Below are positions 35,767 to 45,461 of a DNA stretch of 63,138 nt, piece after piece. Position 1 is the first letter of the stretch. Each line of letters opens with the position of its first letter. The translations under genes and the position numbers were made by a program. Source of the DNA: Rhodospirillales bacterium (GTDB lineage Bacteria > Pseudomonadota > Alphaproteobacteria > Rhodospirillales > 2-12-FULL-67-15); NCBI GenBank assembly GCA_016872535.1, contig VGZQ01000001.1, positions 1 to 63,138 of the forward strand. Direction: 5' to 3'. Below the pieces are notes generated by a model. That model made no database searches. It saw nothing but the letters and a program-made list of their open reading frames with translations, and had not been told where the DNA came from.

Positions 35767-36693
35767 ATGGCCAATCCTGCCGCCGCCGAACCGAAGAAAC
35801 GCAAGAAAATCACCATCACCGAACTGATGCGCAAGATGCGCGAGGGCGAGCAGATCGTTCAGCTCGCCGTCTACGACTACCGCAACGCGGTGGTCGCCGA
35901 CCGTCTCGGCGTCGATATCCTCTGCGTCTCGGACACCGGCGGCATGGTCCTGTTCGGCCACAAGAGCACGGTCACCGTCACCTTCGACGAAGTGATGATG
36001 ATGTCCAAGGCGGTCGATCGCGGTTCGCAATACGGCCTGCGCATGGTCGACATGCCTTACTGGAGCTTCCATGTATCGCCCGAGCAGGCGGTCGAGAACG
36101 CCGGCCGCTTCGTCGCCGAGGCCAACGCCGAGGTGATGAAGTGCGAAGGCAACCGCCATCACGCCAAGAACATCGAGGCGATCGTCAAGGCCGGCATTCC
36201 GGTCCAGGGTCACATCGGCATCACGCCGATGCGCATGCCCCAGCTCGGCGGCTTCGTCGCCCAGGGCAAGACGTCGGATCGCGCCAAGGAATTGATCGAC
36301 GACGCCAAGGCGATGGTCGATGCCGGTTGTTTCTCGATCCTGTGCGAAGTGACGAGCGAGGAAGTCTGTCAGTACTTGACCGAAACCCTGCCGGTGCCGG
36401 TTATCAGCCTGGGCGCCGGCAACAAGGCCCATGGCGTCCACATCATCGGCTCGGATTTGTTCCACCTCTATGAGGAACACGTGCCGCGCCACTCCAAGAT
36501 CTACACCGATCTCATCCCCATCATCGAGGACGTCTACAAGCGCTACATGGCCGATGTGCGCAATCACGACTATCCGGGCCCCGAGCACACCGTCTACATG
36601 AAGGACGAAGAACGGGAAAAATTCAAAAAGCTCATGAACTGGCAGCCGAAAACCCCGCTCGGCCCCGGCAAGCCCGCCTCCTACAAGAAATAA
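35767..36693 (+). CDS. PanB-family (3-methyl-2-oxobutanoate hydroxymethyltransferase-like) methylene-THF-dependent enzyme
   Basis: The PanB TIM-barrel core is visible: LAVYDY..A...D..GVDILCVSD, MPYWSF, VKCEG, GHIGITP and CEV. At 308 aa it is longer than typical PanB because of a C-terminal extension. Confidence 0.7.
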   Translation: MANPAAAEPKKRKKITITELMRKMREGEQIVQLAVYDYRNAVVADRLGVDILCVSDTGGMVLFGHKSTVTVTFDEVMMMSKAVDRGSQYGLRMVDMPYWSFHVSPEQAVENAGRFVAEANAEVMKCEGNRHHAKNIEAIVKAGIPVQGHIGITPMRMPQLGGFVAQGKTSDRAKELIDDAKAMVDAGCFSILCEVTSEEVCQYLTETLPVPVISLGAGNKAHGVHIIGSDLFHLYEEHVPRHSKIYTDLIPIIEDVYKRYMADVRNHDYPGPEHTVYMKDEEREKFKKLMNWQPKTPLGPGKPASYKK

Positions 36694-36873
36694 CGAGGCC
36701 GCCGGTCCGCACCGCCCCCCGTGCGGGTGGGAGAATGGAACCCGAAGGCGTGATATAGCCACCGCCCGGCCGCGCCGACATCGGCGCGCGCCGGTGCCGG
36801 TCGCGTACTTCCCGACAGTTCGTTCACGGCCCAGCAATTCACGACACGTCGAGCACATCGAAAGGACACCGTC

Positions 36874-38580
36874 ATGGCCGCCGCCAAGAAACCCCGCAAG
36901 CCGGGCAAAGTGAAAAGCGACATCGAGATCGCCCGCGCGGCGACGATGAAGCCGGTCGTCGAGATCGGCCGCAAACTCGGCATCCCGGAAAAGCACCTGT
37001 CGGCCTACGGCCACTACAAGGCCAAGGTCTCCGCCGAGTTCATCGACAGCCTCAAAGGCCGCAAGGACGGCAAGTTGATCCTGGTGACGGCGATCACTCC
37101 GACTCCCGCCGGCGAAGGCAAAACGACGACCACGGTCGGCCTCGGCGACGGGCTCAACCGTATCGGCAAGAAGGCGATGATCTGCCTGCGCGAACCGTCG
37201 CTCGGGCCCTGCTTCGGCGTCAAGGGCGGCGCCGCCGGCGGCGGCTACGCCCAAGTGGTGCCGATGGAGGACATCAACCTTCACTTCACCGGCGACTTCC
37301 ACGCCATCACCACCGCCCACAACCTGCTCTCGGCCTTGATCGACAACCACATCTATTGGGGCAACGAACTGGGCTTCGACACCCGCCGCGTCGCCTGGCG
37401 CCGGGTCATGGACATGAACGATCGGGCGCTGCGCCAGATCATCAATTCCTTGGGCGGCGTCGCCAACGGCTTTCCGCGCGAGGACGGCTTCGACATCACG
37501 GTGGCGTCCGAGGTGATGGCGATTTTCTGCCTGTCGCGCGACTTGAAGGACCTCGAGGAACGCCTGGGTCGGATCGTGATCGGCTATACCCGCGACCGCA
37601 AGCCGATCCGCGCCGCCGACCTCAAGGCGCCGGGTCCGATGACTGTGCTGCTCAAGGACGCCCTGATGCCGAATTTGGTGCAAACCCTCGAGCACAGCCC
37701 CGCCTTCATCCACGGGGGCCCGTTCGCCAATATCGCGCACGGCTGCAATTCGGTGATCGCCACCAAGGCGGCGCTCAAACTCGCCGACTATGTGGTGACC
37801 GAAGCCGGTTTCGGCGCCGACCTCGGCGCCGAGAAGTTCTTCGACATCAAGTGCCGGATGGCGGGCCTGAAGCCGACCGCGGCGGTGGTGGTGGCGACCA
37901 TCAGGGCGCTCAAGATGCACGGCGGCGTCGCCAAGGAAGATTTGGCCAAGGAAAACGTCAAGGCGGTCAAGGCGGGATGCGCCAACTTGGCCCGCCATAT
38001 CCGCAACGTGAAGATGTTCGGCGTGCCGCCGGTGGTGGCGATCAACCGATTCATGGCCGACACCGACGCCGAGATCGCCGCGGTGCGCAAGACCGCCGAG
38101 GAACTGGGCACCACTGCGATCGAATGCAACCACTGGGCGGAGGGCGGCGCCGGCACCATCGAACTGGCCAAGTACGTGGTCAAGCTGGCCGACAGCGGCG
38201 TCTCGAAATTCTCGACGCTCTACGACGATGCGACACCCTTGTGGGAAAAGGTCAAAACGATCGCGACCAAGCTTTACGGCGCCTCCGACATCGTCGGCGA
38301 TTCCCGCGTCCGCCAGCAGTTCAAGGACCTGGAAGCGGGCGGCTACGGCAAACTGCCGGTGTGCATGGCCAAGACCCAATACAGCTTCTCGACCGATCCC
38401 AGCCTCAAGGGCGCGCCGTCCAACCACGTGGTGCCGGTCCGCGAAGTTCGGCTCTCGGCCGGCGCCGGGTTCGTGGTGGTGATCACTGGCGAAATCATGA
38501 CCATGCCGGGCTTGCCCAGGGTTCCCGCCGCCAACAGCATTCGCCTCGATGCCCAGGGGCGGATCGAGGGGCTGTTCTAG
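36874..38580 (+). CDS. fhs: formate--tetrahydrofolate ligase
   Basis: 568 aa. The [17 protein letters not shown]-loop and the remainder are collinear with FTHFS. Confidence 0.92.
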   Translation: MAAAKKPRKPGKVKSDIEIARAATMKPVVEIGRKLGIPEKHLSAYGHYKAKVSAEFIDSLKGRKDGKLILVTAITPTPAGEGKTTTTVGLGDGLNRIGKKAMICLREPSLGPCFGVKGGAAGGGYAQVVPMEDINLHFTGDFHAITTAHNLLSALIDNHIYWGNELGFDTRRVAWRRVMDMNDRALRQIINSLGGVANGFPREDGFDITVASEVMAIFCLSRDLKDLEERLGRIVIGYTRDRKPIRAADLKAPGPMTVLLKDALMPNLVQTLEHSPAFIHGGPFANIAHGCNSVIATKAALKLADYVVTEAGFGADLGAEKFFDIKCRMAGLKPTAAVVVATIRALKMHGGVAKEDLAKENVKAVKAGCANLARHIRNVKMFGVPPVVAINRFMADTDAEIAAVRKTAEELGTTAIECNHWAEGGAGTIELAKYVVKLADSGVSKFSTLYDDATPLWEKVKTIATKLYGASDIVGDSRVRQQFKDLEAGGYGKLPVCMAKTQYSFSTDPSLKGAPSNHVVPVREVRLSAGAGFVVVITGEIMTMPGLPRVPAANSIRLDAQGRIEGLF

Positions 38581-38665
38581 GACCGCCTGCGCCGGCGGCC
38601 TTGATCCAGCCGGCAGAAAGCCGCATCGTTCCCCCGGCAATGGAATCGGCGGGAGAAACGATCGC

Positions 38666-40315
38666 GTGAGCCCAAGCGTTGCGCCCGAAGGCGATCGGTT
38701 CGGCGAATTCGATTACATCGTGGTCGGCGCCGGCACGGCCGGTTGTTTGCTCGCCAACCGGCTCTCCGCCGACCCGGGGATCCGCGTCCTGCTGCTCGAA
38801 GCCGGCGGCGAGGATAATTACCTGTGGATCAAGATCCCGGTCGGCTATCTCAAAACCATGAACAACCCGCGCACCGACTGGTGCCTGAAGACCGAACCCG
38901 ACCTCGGTCTTAACGGACGCGCGCTCGATTACCCGCGCGGACGGGTGCTCGGCGGCTGTTCGGCCATCAACGGCATGATCTACATGCGCGGCCAGGCGCG
39001 CGATTACGACCAATGGCGCCAAATGGGCAACGCCGGCTGGGGTTGGGACGACGTGCTGCCTTATTTCAAGAAGCACGAAGACTTCGCTCTCGACGGCAGA
39101 GACGGCGCGGACGACGCGATGCACGGCGTCGGCGGCGAATGGCGGATCGAAAACATACGCGTGCGTTGGGAAATCCTGGAGGCATTCCGCGATGCCTGCG
39201 CCGAAATCGGCATTCCCAAGATCGACGACTTCAACCGCGGCAACAACGAGGGCTCCGGCTACTTCCACGTCAATCAACGAAGCGGCGTGCGTTGGACCAC
39301 GGCGCACGGGTTTCTGCATCCGGTCCGCCACCGTCCCAACCTCGCGGTCCTCACCCACGCCGAAGCGCGCGCCTTGATGTTCGACGGCAAGCGCGTCACC
39401 GGTATCGTCTTCGAACGACACGGCACGGTGCGCCACGCCGTGGCCTCGGGCGAGGTCGTGCTGGCGAGCGGGGCGATCGGCTCGCCCAAGCTTCTCCAGT
39501 TGTCCGGAATCGGCCCCGGCGATTTGTTGCGCGGCCTCGGGATCGGAGTTCGCCACGAGTTGCCGGGCGTCGGCGAAAACTTGCAGGACCATCTGCAAAT
39601 CCGCTGCGCCTACAGGGTCCGTGGCACGCGCACGCTCAACGAGATGACCCACAACCCCCTGACCAAGATCGGCATGGGGCTTCAATACATGTTGTTCCGG
39701 CGCGGCCCCATGACCATGGCGCCGTCGCAACTCGGCGTCTTCGCCAAAAGCGATCCTTCGCGCGAGACGCCCAATGTGCAATATCACGTCCAGCCGCTGA
39801 CGTTGCCCAAGTTCGGGCAACCGCTCGATCCGTTTCCGGCGTTCACCGCCTCGGTCTGCAACATCCGCCCGACCAGTCGGGGCACGGTCCGCATCAGATC
39901 CCGCGACCCCAGGGAGGCGCCCGCCATCCGCCCGAACTATCTTTCCACCCCCGAAGACCGCCGCGTCGCCGCCGACGCGATCCGGCTTACCCGCCGGATC
40001 GTCGCGACCCGGGCGCTCGCCCGCTTCACGCCCGAGGAGTTCCGGCCCGGACCCGAGATCGTCGGCGACGAAGAACTGGCGCGCGCCGCGGGCGACATCG
40101 CCACCACCATTTTCCACCCGGTCAGCACCTGCAAGATGGGGCCCGACCCGATGGCGGTGGTGGACGAACGCCTGCGCGTGCGCGGGATCGGGGCGTTGCG
40201 GGTGATCGATGCCTCGATCATGCCGACCATCACGTCGGGCAACACCAACTCGCCCACCTTGATGATCGCCGAGAAAGGCGCGGACATGATTCTCCGCGAC
40301 CGGCGCGCGGCGTAA
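38666..40315 (+). CDS. GMC-family FAD oxidoreductase (choline/alcohol dehydrogenase-like)
   Basis: [23 protein letters not shown]-binding motif, the GMC signatures, and a C-terminal ...[23 protein letters not shown]. The GTG start at 38666 follows GGGAGA. Confidence 0.85.
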   Translation: MSPSVAPEGDRFGEFDYIVVGAGTAGCLLANRLSADPGIRVLLLEAGGEDNYLWIKIPVGYLKTMNNPRTDWCLKTEPDLGLNGRALDYPRGRVLGGCSAINGMIYMRGQARDYDQWRQMGNAGWGWDDVLPYFKKHEDFALDGRDGADDAMHGVGGEWRIENIRVRWEILEAFRDACAEIGIPKIDDFNRGNNEGSGYFHVNQRSGVRWTTAHGFLHPVRHRPNLAVLTHAEARALMFDGKRVTGIVFERHGTVRHAVASGEVVLASGAIGSPKLLQLSGIGPGDLLRGLGIGVRHELPGVGENLQDHLQIRCAYRVRGTRTLNEMTHNPLTKIGMGLQYMLFRRGPMTMAPSQLGVFAKSDPSRETPNVQYHVQPLTLPKFGQPLDPFPAFTASVCNIRPTSRGTVRIRSRDPREAPAIRPNYLSTPEDRRVAADAIRLTRRIVATRALARFTPEEFRPGPEIVGDEELARAAGDIATTIFHPVSTCKMGPDPMAVVDERLRVRGIGALRVIDASIMPTITSGNTNSPTLMIAEKGADMILRDRRAA

Positions 40316-40346
40316 TCGCCGATGGACACGAAAGGCCCGTTTTCCC

Positions 40347-41105
40347 ATGACAAACTCGCTTAAGGTCGCTCTCGTCACCGGCGGCGGCACCGGCATCGGC
40401 CGCGCCGCCGCGCTCGCCCTCGCGCGCGACGGTTTCGCCGTCGTTCTGGCCGGACGGCGGCCGGAACCGTTGCAGGCGGCCGCCAAGGACATCGAAAAGC
40501 TCGGCGGCCGCGCATTGGCGGTACCGACGGACGTGGGCGATCCCGCATCGGTCAAGGCGCTGTTCGCGAAAACCTTGGAGGCGTTCGGCCGGCTCGACGT
40601 GCTGTTCAACAACGCCGGCACCGGCACGCCCGCGGTGCCGATGGAGGAATTGAACTACGAACAGTGGAAAAAGGTCCTCGACGCCAACCTGACCGGGACT
40701 TTCCTGTGCTCCCAGGAGGCGATCCGGATCATGAAAAAGCAGACTCCGCGGGGCGGACGGATCATCAACAACGGTTCCATCTCCGCCCATGCGCCCCGGC
40801 CGTTCTCGGCCCCCTATACCGCGACCAAGCACGCCATGACCGGGCTGACCAAGTGCATCTCGCTCGACGGCCGTCCCTTCGATATCGCCTGCGGCCAGAT
40901 CGATATCGGCAACGCGGCGACCGAGTTGACCGAACGCATGACCAAGGGCGTGCCGCAGGCGAACGGCACAATCGCGGTCGAGCCGCGCATGGACGTCGAA
41001 CACGCCGGACGCGCGGTCGCCTACATGGCGAGCCTGCCGCTCGAGGCCAACGTCCAGTTCCTGACGGTGATGGCGACCAAGATGCCCTTCGTCGGGCGGG
41101 GCTGA
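40347..41105 (+). CDS. short-chain dehydrogenase/reductase (SDR)
   Basis: TGGGTGIG cofactor motif, NNAG, and YTATK (YxxxK). Confidence 0.85.
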   Translation: MTNSLKVALVTGGGTGIGRAAALALARDGFAVVLAGRRPEPLQAAAKDIEKLGGRALAVPTDVGDPASVKALFAKTLEAFGRLDVLFNNAGTGTPAVPMEELNYEQWKKVLDANLTGTFLCSQEAIRIMKKQTPRGGRIINNGSISAHAPRPFSAPYTATKHAMTGLTKCISLDGRPFDIACGQIDIGNAATELTERMTKGVPQANGTIAVEPRMDVEHAGRAVAYMASLPLEANVQFLTVMATKMPFVGRG

Positions 41106-41140
41106 CCGCGGCGAAAGGGCATTTCGGATGCCCCCCCGGG

Positions 41141-42268
41141 TCAGCTATCCCACGTGCCCGCGGCCGCCTCGAGCAGCATGCCGCGGAACATGCCGAGCAG
41201 CTTCTGATCGATTTCGCCGGTCATGCCTTCCATGATTTCCAGGCTCTTTTCCGGCGGCACCGGAGGCTTGTAAACGCGCCGGTCGGTCAGCGCGCTGAAG
41301 ATGTCGACGATCCCGGCCATGCGCGCGAGATCGTTCAACTGCGTCCCTTGCAGGCCCTTCGGGTAGCCCTTGCCGTTCAGTTTTTCGTGGTGCTGCTCGG
41401 CGATGGTGATGACGCCCCTGGGAATGCCGGGACTGTCGCGCAAGTGGCGGCTGGTGTGGGTGACGTGGCTGCGCATGACCGCGAATTCCTCGTCGGTCAG
41501 CCGGCCGGGCTTGTTGAGAACGTCCTGGGGAACGTCCATCTTGCCGACGTCGTGCAATAACCCGCCGGTCGCGAGGGTGAGCAGATCGTCGCCGCGAATG
41601 CCGATGCGATGGCCGAACAGCGAGAGCAGCGTCGCCACCCGCATCGAATGAACGTAAGTGTAATTGTCGTGGCCGCGCACGCCCTTGAGCACATCCTTGA
41701 AGTTGCCTTCGCTGACGGCGCGGGCGAGCGGCTCGCAACTGTCCTTGACCTTCTCGAACGGGATCGGCTTGCCGTCTTCGAGCAATTCGGCGATCTGGTT
41801 GAAGGTCGCGACCGACTGCTTGAGCGCGGCTTGCTGCACCGGTTCGACCTTGTCCCAGGCGGCCTCGATCTCCTTGTTGACGTTGCCGGAAATCGCCGCC
41901 AGCAGCTGGCTACGCTTGAACGGGATCGAAATCACGGTGCAATGGCTCGCTTCCTTCGCCGCGGCGGCGAAGGCCGATCCCGCGTCCTCCGCCTTGGCAA
42001 TGACCGGGATCGCCGCGAGCGACGGGTTTTTGCGGATCAGTTCCAGTACCGCCATGCCGCCGCCGGGCGGCGCCTTCTCGTCGATGATCAATACCGCCGG
42101 TGGGCGCGCGATCAACCCGACCACTGCGTCGCGGCCGTCGGGAAAGGGAATGACGTCGTAATATTGGGTGAGAGCCGAAGTGATTTCCGCCCGATAGCGG
42201 ACGTTGCCGTCGATCAGGCCTACTTTCGGAAGTGCCGGTCGTGCGTCGGCGGCGGGTTTGTCATTCAT
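41141..42268 (-). CDS. response-regulator receiver plus HD-GYP phosphodiesterase
   Basis: N-terminal receiver-like domain. C-terminal HDVGK...HHEKLNGKGYP motifs of the HD-GYP family. Confidence 0.8.
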   Translation of the reverse strand: MNDKPAADARPALPKVGLIDGNVRYRAEITSALTQYYDVIPFPDGRDAVVGLIARPPAVLIIDEKAPPGGGMAVLELIRKNPSLAAIPVIAKAEDAGSAFAAAAKEASHCTVISIPFKRSQLLAAISGNVNKEIEAAWDKVEPVQQAALKQSVATFNQIAELLEDGKPIPFEKVKDSCEPLARAVSEGNFKDVLKGVRGHDNYTYVHSMRVATLLSLFGHRIGIRGDDLLTLATGGLLHDVGKMDVPQDVLNKPGRLTDEEFAVMRSHVTHTSRHLRDSPGIPRGVITIAEQHHEKLNGKGYPKGLQGTQLNDLARMAGIVDIFSALTDRRVYKPPVPPEKSLEIMEGMTGEIDQKLLGMFRGMLLEAAAGTWDS

Positions 42269-42372
42269 TTCGATTCGGTCTTGGTCGCGCGGCCATGCGC
42301 AGTGAAATTCAAAAAATGCTAACAGCCTGGAATTCCCGGAACAATAAGGGATTTTCCCCTGTCGGGCCCGCC

Positions 42373-43521
42373 TTAAATGCTGGGCGAAACGGGATCGCCC
42401 GGCACTAGAATTTGACGGACGACGCTGCCCGCCGCCAAGCGATCGAAAGCCGCGTTGAGCTGGTCGAATCCGATCCGCCCGCTCATCAGCTTGTCGACCG
42501 GCAACCGGCCCTGGCGGTGCAACGCGATGTAGCGCGGCACGTCGCGCAACGGCACGCAGCTTCCGACATAACTGCCTTTCACCGTGCGTTCTTCGGCGAC
42601 GAGATTAACGTGCGGCAGCGCGAACGTGTGATCGGGGTGGGCGAGACCCGCGCTGACGGTGGTTCCGCCGCGCCGGGTCAGGCGGTAGGCCAGCGCCATC
42701 GCCTTGACCGAGCCGACCATTTCGAAGGCGTAGTCGGCGCCGCCCGAGGTCATATCCCGCACCCGGGCGACGGCATCGGGATCGGCGGCGTCGACGGCGT
42801 CGGTCGCGCCCAGTTCGCGCGCGAGCGCGAGCTTGTCGGAAAGGATGTCGAGAGCGACGATGCGCCCCGCCCCGCTGAGGCGCGCCGCGAGCAAAGCATT
42901 GAGTCCGACTCCGCCCAGGCCGACCACCACGACCGAGGACCCCGCCCGCACGTTCGCGGTGTTGATTACCGCGCCGACCCCGGTCAGAACGCCGCAACCG
43001 AACAACGCCGCCGTCTCGAACGGCAGATCGGGATCGATCTTGACCAACGAATTGCGCGAAACCACCGTGAATTCGGCGAACGCGGAAACGCCGACGTGGT
43101 GATGAATGGCTTCACTTCCGCGCCGGAACCGGCGCGCGCCCGAGATGAGCGCGCCTTGGCCGTTGGCCGCCGCTCCAGGTTCGCACAGCGCCGGACGGCC
43201 CTCGGTGCACGGCAGGCAATGCCCGCAACTCGGCACGAACACCATCACCACATGGTCGCCGCGCTTGAGGTCATTGACGCCGGGGCCGACTTCCTCGACC
43301 TCGCCCGCGGCTTCGTGGCCGAGCGCCATCGGCGTCGGCCGGGGACGGTCGCCGTTGATGACGGAAAGATCGGAATGGCAAAGCCCGGCCGCGCGCACGC
43401 GCACCAGCACCTCGCCCTCGCCCGGCGGGTCGAGGTCGACCTCGGCGATGCGCAAGGGGCGGCTTTCGGCGTAGGGCGCAGGCAGGCCCATGGTTTCCAG
43501 TATGGCGGCTTTGGTTTTCAT
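42373..43521 (-). CDS. zinc-dependent alcohol dehydrogenase (MDR family)
   Basis: GLCHSD, GHEAAGEV, and the structural zinc site CGHCLPCTEGRPALC. Trimmed to the ATG at 43521 (MKTKAAILE). Confidence 0.85.
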   Translation of the reverse strand: MKTKAAILETMGLPAPYAESRPLRIAEVDLDPPGEGEVLVRVRAAGLCHSDLSVINGDRPRPTPMALGHEAAGEVEEVGPGVNDLKRGDHVVMVFVPSCGHCLPCTEGRPALCEPGAAANGQGALISGARRFRRGSEAIHHHVGVSAFAEFTVVSRNSLVKIDPDLPFETAALFGCGVLTGVGAVINTANVRAGSSVVVVGLGGVGLNALLAARLSGAGRIVALDILSDKLALARELGATDAVDAADPDAVARVRDMTSGGADYAFEMVGSVKAMALAYRLTRRGGTTVSAGLAHPDHTFALPHVNLVAEERTVKGSYVGSCVPLRDVPRYIALHRQGRLPVDKLMSGRIGFDQLNAAFDRLAAGSVVRQILVPGDPVSPSI

Positions 43522-44195
43522 GGCGTGGCCCACAGACGAAGAAGGTTGTAATACCCCTGCAACAGCGCCGCGGTTTCCGGCGCATCCGGGGATTTTTCGA
43601 CGAGAATATGGTGAGCGCGCTGAAGGTCGGCGAGGATCGCGCGCCGACCGGGATCGGCAACCACGCTTTGCGCCCACAGAATTCCGGCGAGCCGCGCGCC
43701 CCGCGTCACCGGCGCGACCCGGTGCGGCGTGCCGGTGGTATAGACAACCGCGTGTCCGCGCGGAAGCTTGATCGCGCGTTCTTCTCCCTCCGCGCCGACG
43801 GTCAACTCGCCGCCGTCGTAACTTGCCGGATCGGCGAGGAAGATCGTGACCGAAACGTCGGTGCGCAGCATGCCTTCCGCCCCGCCCATCAGCGGGTTAT
43901 CCACATGCCGGGCGTAGGCCATGCCCGGTTCGTAACGGCTGACGATCGGGCGCGAATAGCGGCACGGCAGAACGCAATCGTTAAATTCGCGCTTGGCGGC
44001 GAGCGCGCGCACGAGCAGCGTTTCGAGCGCCGACGCGCCCGGTGTCGCCGCACGATCCATTTCCAGGTTGCGCTTGGTTCCGCGCGCGGTCCCGCCCGCG
44101 CTTTCGGCACCGTCGCGAAAGCGCGCCTTGGCGAGTGTTTCGTCCGCGAACGCGAGATCCTCGGCATCGAGAACGTTTTCGATGATCACGATCAT
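43518..44195 (-). CDS. Fe(II)/2-oxoglutarate-dependent hydroxylase (PiuC/YbiX-like)
   Basis: 225 aa. The HVDN...(facial triad)...H..V motifs and overall similarity point to PKHD-type hydroxylases. Confidence 0.7.
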   Translation of the reverse strand: MIVIIENVLDAEDLAFADETLAKARFRDGAESAGGTARGTKRNLEMDRAATPGASALETLLVRALAAKREFNDCVLPCRYSRPIVSRYEPGMAYARHVDNPLMGGAEGMLRTDVSVTIFLADPASYDGGELTVGAEGEERAIKLPRGHAVVYTTGTPHRVAPVTRGARLAGILWAQSVVADPGRRAILADLQRAHHILVEKSPDAPETAALLQGYYNLLRLWATP

Positions 44196-44284
44196 GGACC
44201 GTTCCCTTGCCCGGACCCCTTTCGGCGCCTACATATGCCCAATATCCCCCCATGATCGCCAATGTTCAAGAACGGGAACCCGCC

Positions 44285-44671
44285 ATGACGTATTATTTCT
44301 CCAAGACCCTCGATCTGCCCTTCGATAAGGCGATCGCCAAGACCACCGCCGCCCTCAAGGATCGCGGATTCGGCGTGCTCACCACCATCGACGTCAAGGA
44401 CACGCTCAAGAAAAAGATCGGCGCGGATTTCCGGCCCTACACCATCCTGGGCGCCTGCAATCCCGGCTTCGCCCACAAGGCCCTTCAGGCCGAACCGATG
44501 ATCGGCACCATGCTGCCCTGTAACGTCATCGTTCAGCAGAACGACGACGGCAAGGTCCAGGTTTCCGCCGTCGATCCGATCGCGTCCATGGCCGCGATCA
44601 AGAACCCGGCGCTGGAAACGATCGCGACCGAAGTGCAAAGTCTGCTTAAAGGTATGGTCGAATCCCTTTAA
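44285..44671 (+). CDS. DUF302-domain protein
   Basis: 128 aa. GFGVLTTIDVKDTLKKKIG.DFRPYTILGACNP matches the DUF302 core. Confidence 0.7.
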   Translation: MTYYFSKTLDLPFDKAIAKTTAALKDRGFGVLTTIDVKDTLKKKIGADFRPYTILGACNPGFAHKALQAEPMIGTMLPCNVIVQQNDDGKVQVSAVDPIASMAAIKNPALETIATEVQSLLKGMVESL

Positions 44672-44690
44672 CCGCGTCCCGGAGACCCAT

Positions 44691-45461
44691 CTAGCCGTCG
44701 GCTTCGGTTACTCGCGCCAGCACGATGTCGGCGAAGCCGGGATCGACGCCGAGCGGGCGCATCAGCCACAGCCTGCGCCCGCGCATGGCGAACGGGCCCG
44801 CGAACGGCGCTTCCGTTCCGTCCGGCGCGACGCCCAGCAGGCGCGCCACATCGCTGCCGCCGTGGCGTCCCTCGGCCATCAAAAGCGGCACCACGGCGAT
44901 GTCGGCGACGGCGAGCAATCGGTCCCATTCCGCGATCGACGGCGGCTCCTCGATGAAGGCGGCCGCCGATTCGCGCGCGGCTCCCGCCGCGAGCAGCGCG
45001 TCGACGAGCGCGCGGGCGCGCGCCGAGGAATCCGGGTTGCGCGAAGTGCCGTGACCGGCGACGAGGACGCCGAGGCGATCGGCCGAAAGGGCGAAACGCG
45101 CGCAGAGCTCGGCGAGACGTCGGGCGGCGATCCGGGCGACGTCGGGATGGGTGCCGGTCGCCCGGCAGATGACGATGCTTTTGCGCGCGGCGACCGCGCC
45201 CGACAGCGCTTCCCCGACCACGCCGTCGGCGGCAAGATGCGGAACGATATAGGTCGCCCACCCCGCCAACTCGTCGAGAACGTCGGAGAGCTTGGGCCCC
45301 ATTCGCAGGAATGCCGCGCGCACGTCGGCGAAAATCCCCCGCGCGCGCACCGTTTCAACCAGCGCTTCGACCGAGCGTCCGCCTTCGGGCTGGCTGGACG
45401 AACCGTGCCCGACGATCACCAGCGCCCGCCGGGCCCAGGAGGCGGTTGAGGCTTCAGCCAT
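44691..45461 (-). CDS. cbiX: CbiX-type sirohydrochlorin chelatase (two-domain form)
   Basis: Two repeats of the VGHGS/AGHGT motif (LVIVGHGSS... and VLVAGHGTSRN). 256 aa. The start overlaps the upstream fusion gene by 8 nt. Confidence 0.7.
   Translation of the reverse strand: MAEASTASWARRALVIVGHGSSSQPEGGRSVEALVETVRARGIFADVRAAFLRMGPKLSDVLDELAGWATYIVPHLAADGVVGEALSGAVAARKSIVICRATGTHPDVARIAARRLAELCARFALSADRLGVLVAGHGTSRNPDSSARARALVDALLAAGAARESAAAFIEEPPSIAEWDRLLAVADIAVVPLLMAEGRHGGSDVARLLGVAPDGTEAPFAGPFAMRGRRLWLMRPLGVDPGFADIVLARVTEADG

Noticed and set aside
36740-36790. ZTP (pfl) riboswitch upstream of fhs.
   Set aside because: The conserved ACUGGCG 5' element and the CCGCCUGGGC 3' element are not both present. 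There is only a partial resemblance. It is left as a low-interest item pending a covariance-model scan.
41117-41133. Hairpin GGGCAT-ttcgg-ATGCCC between the convergent SDR and HD-GYP genes, as a bidirectional terminator.
   Set aside because: The stem is only 6 bp and neither strand has a convincing U-tract. This is too weak to report as a feature.
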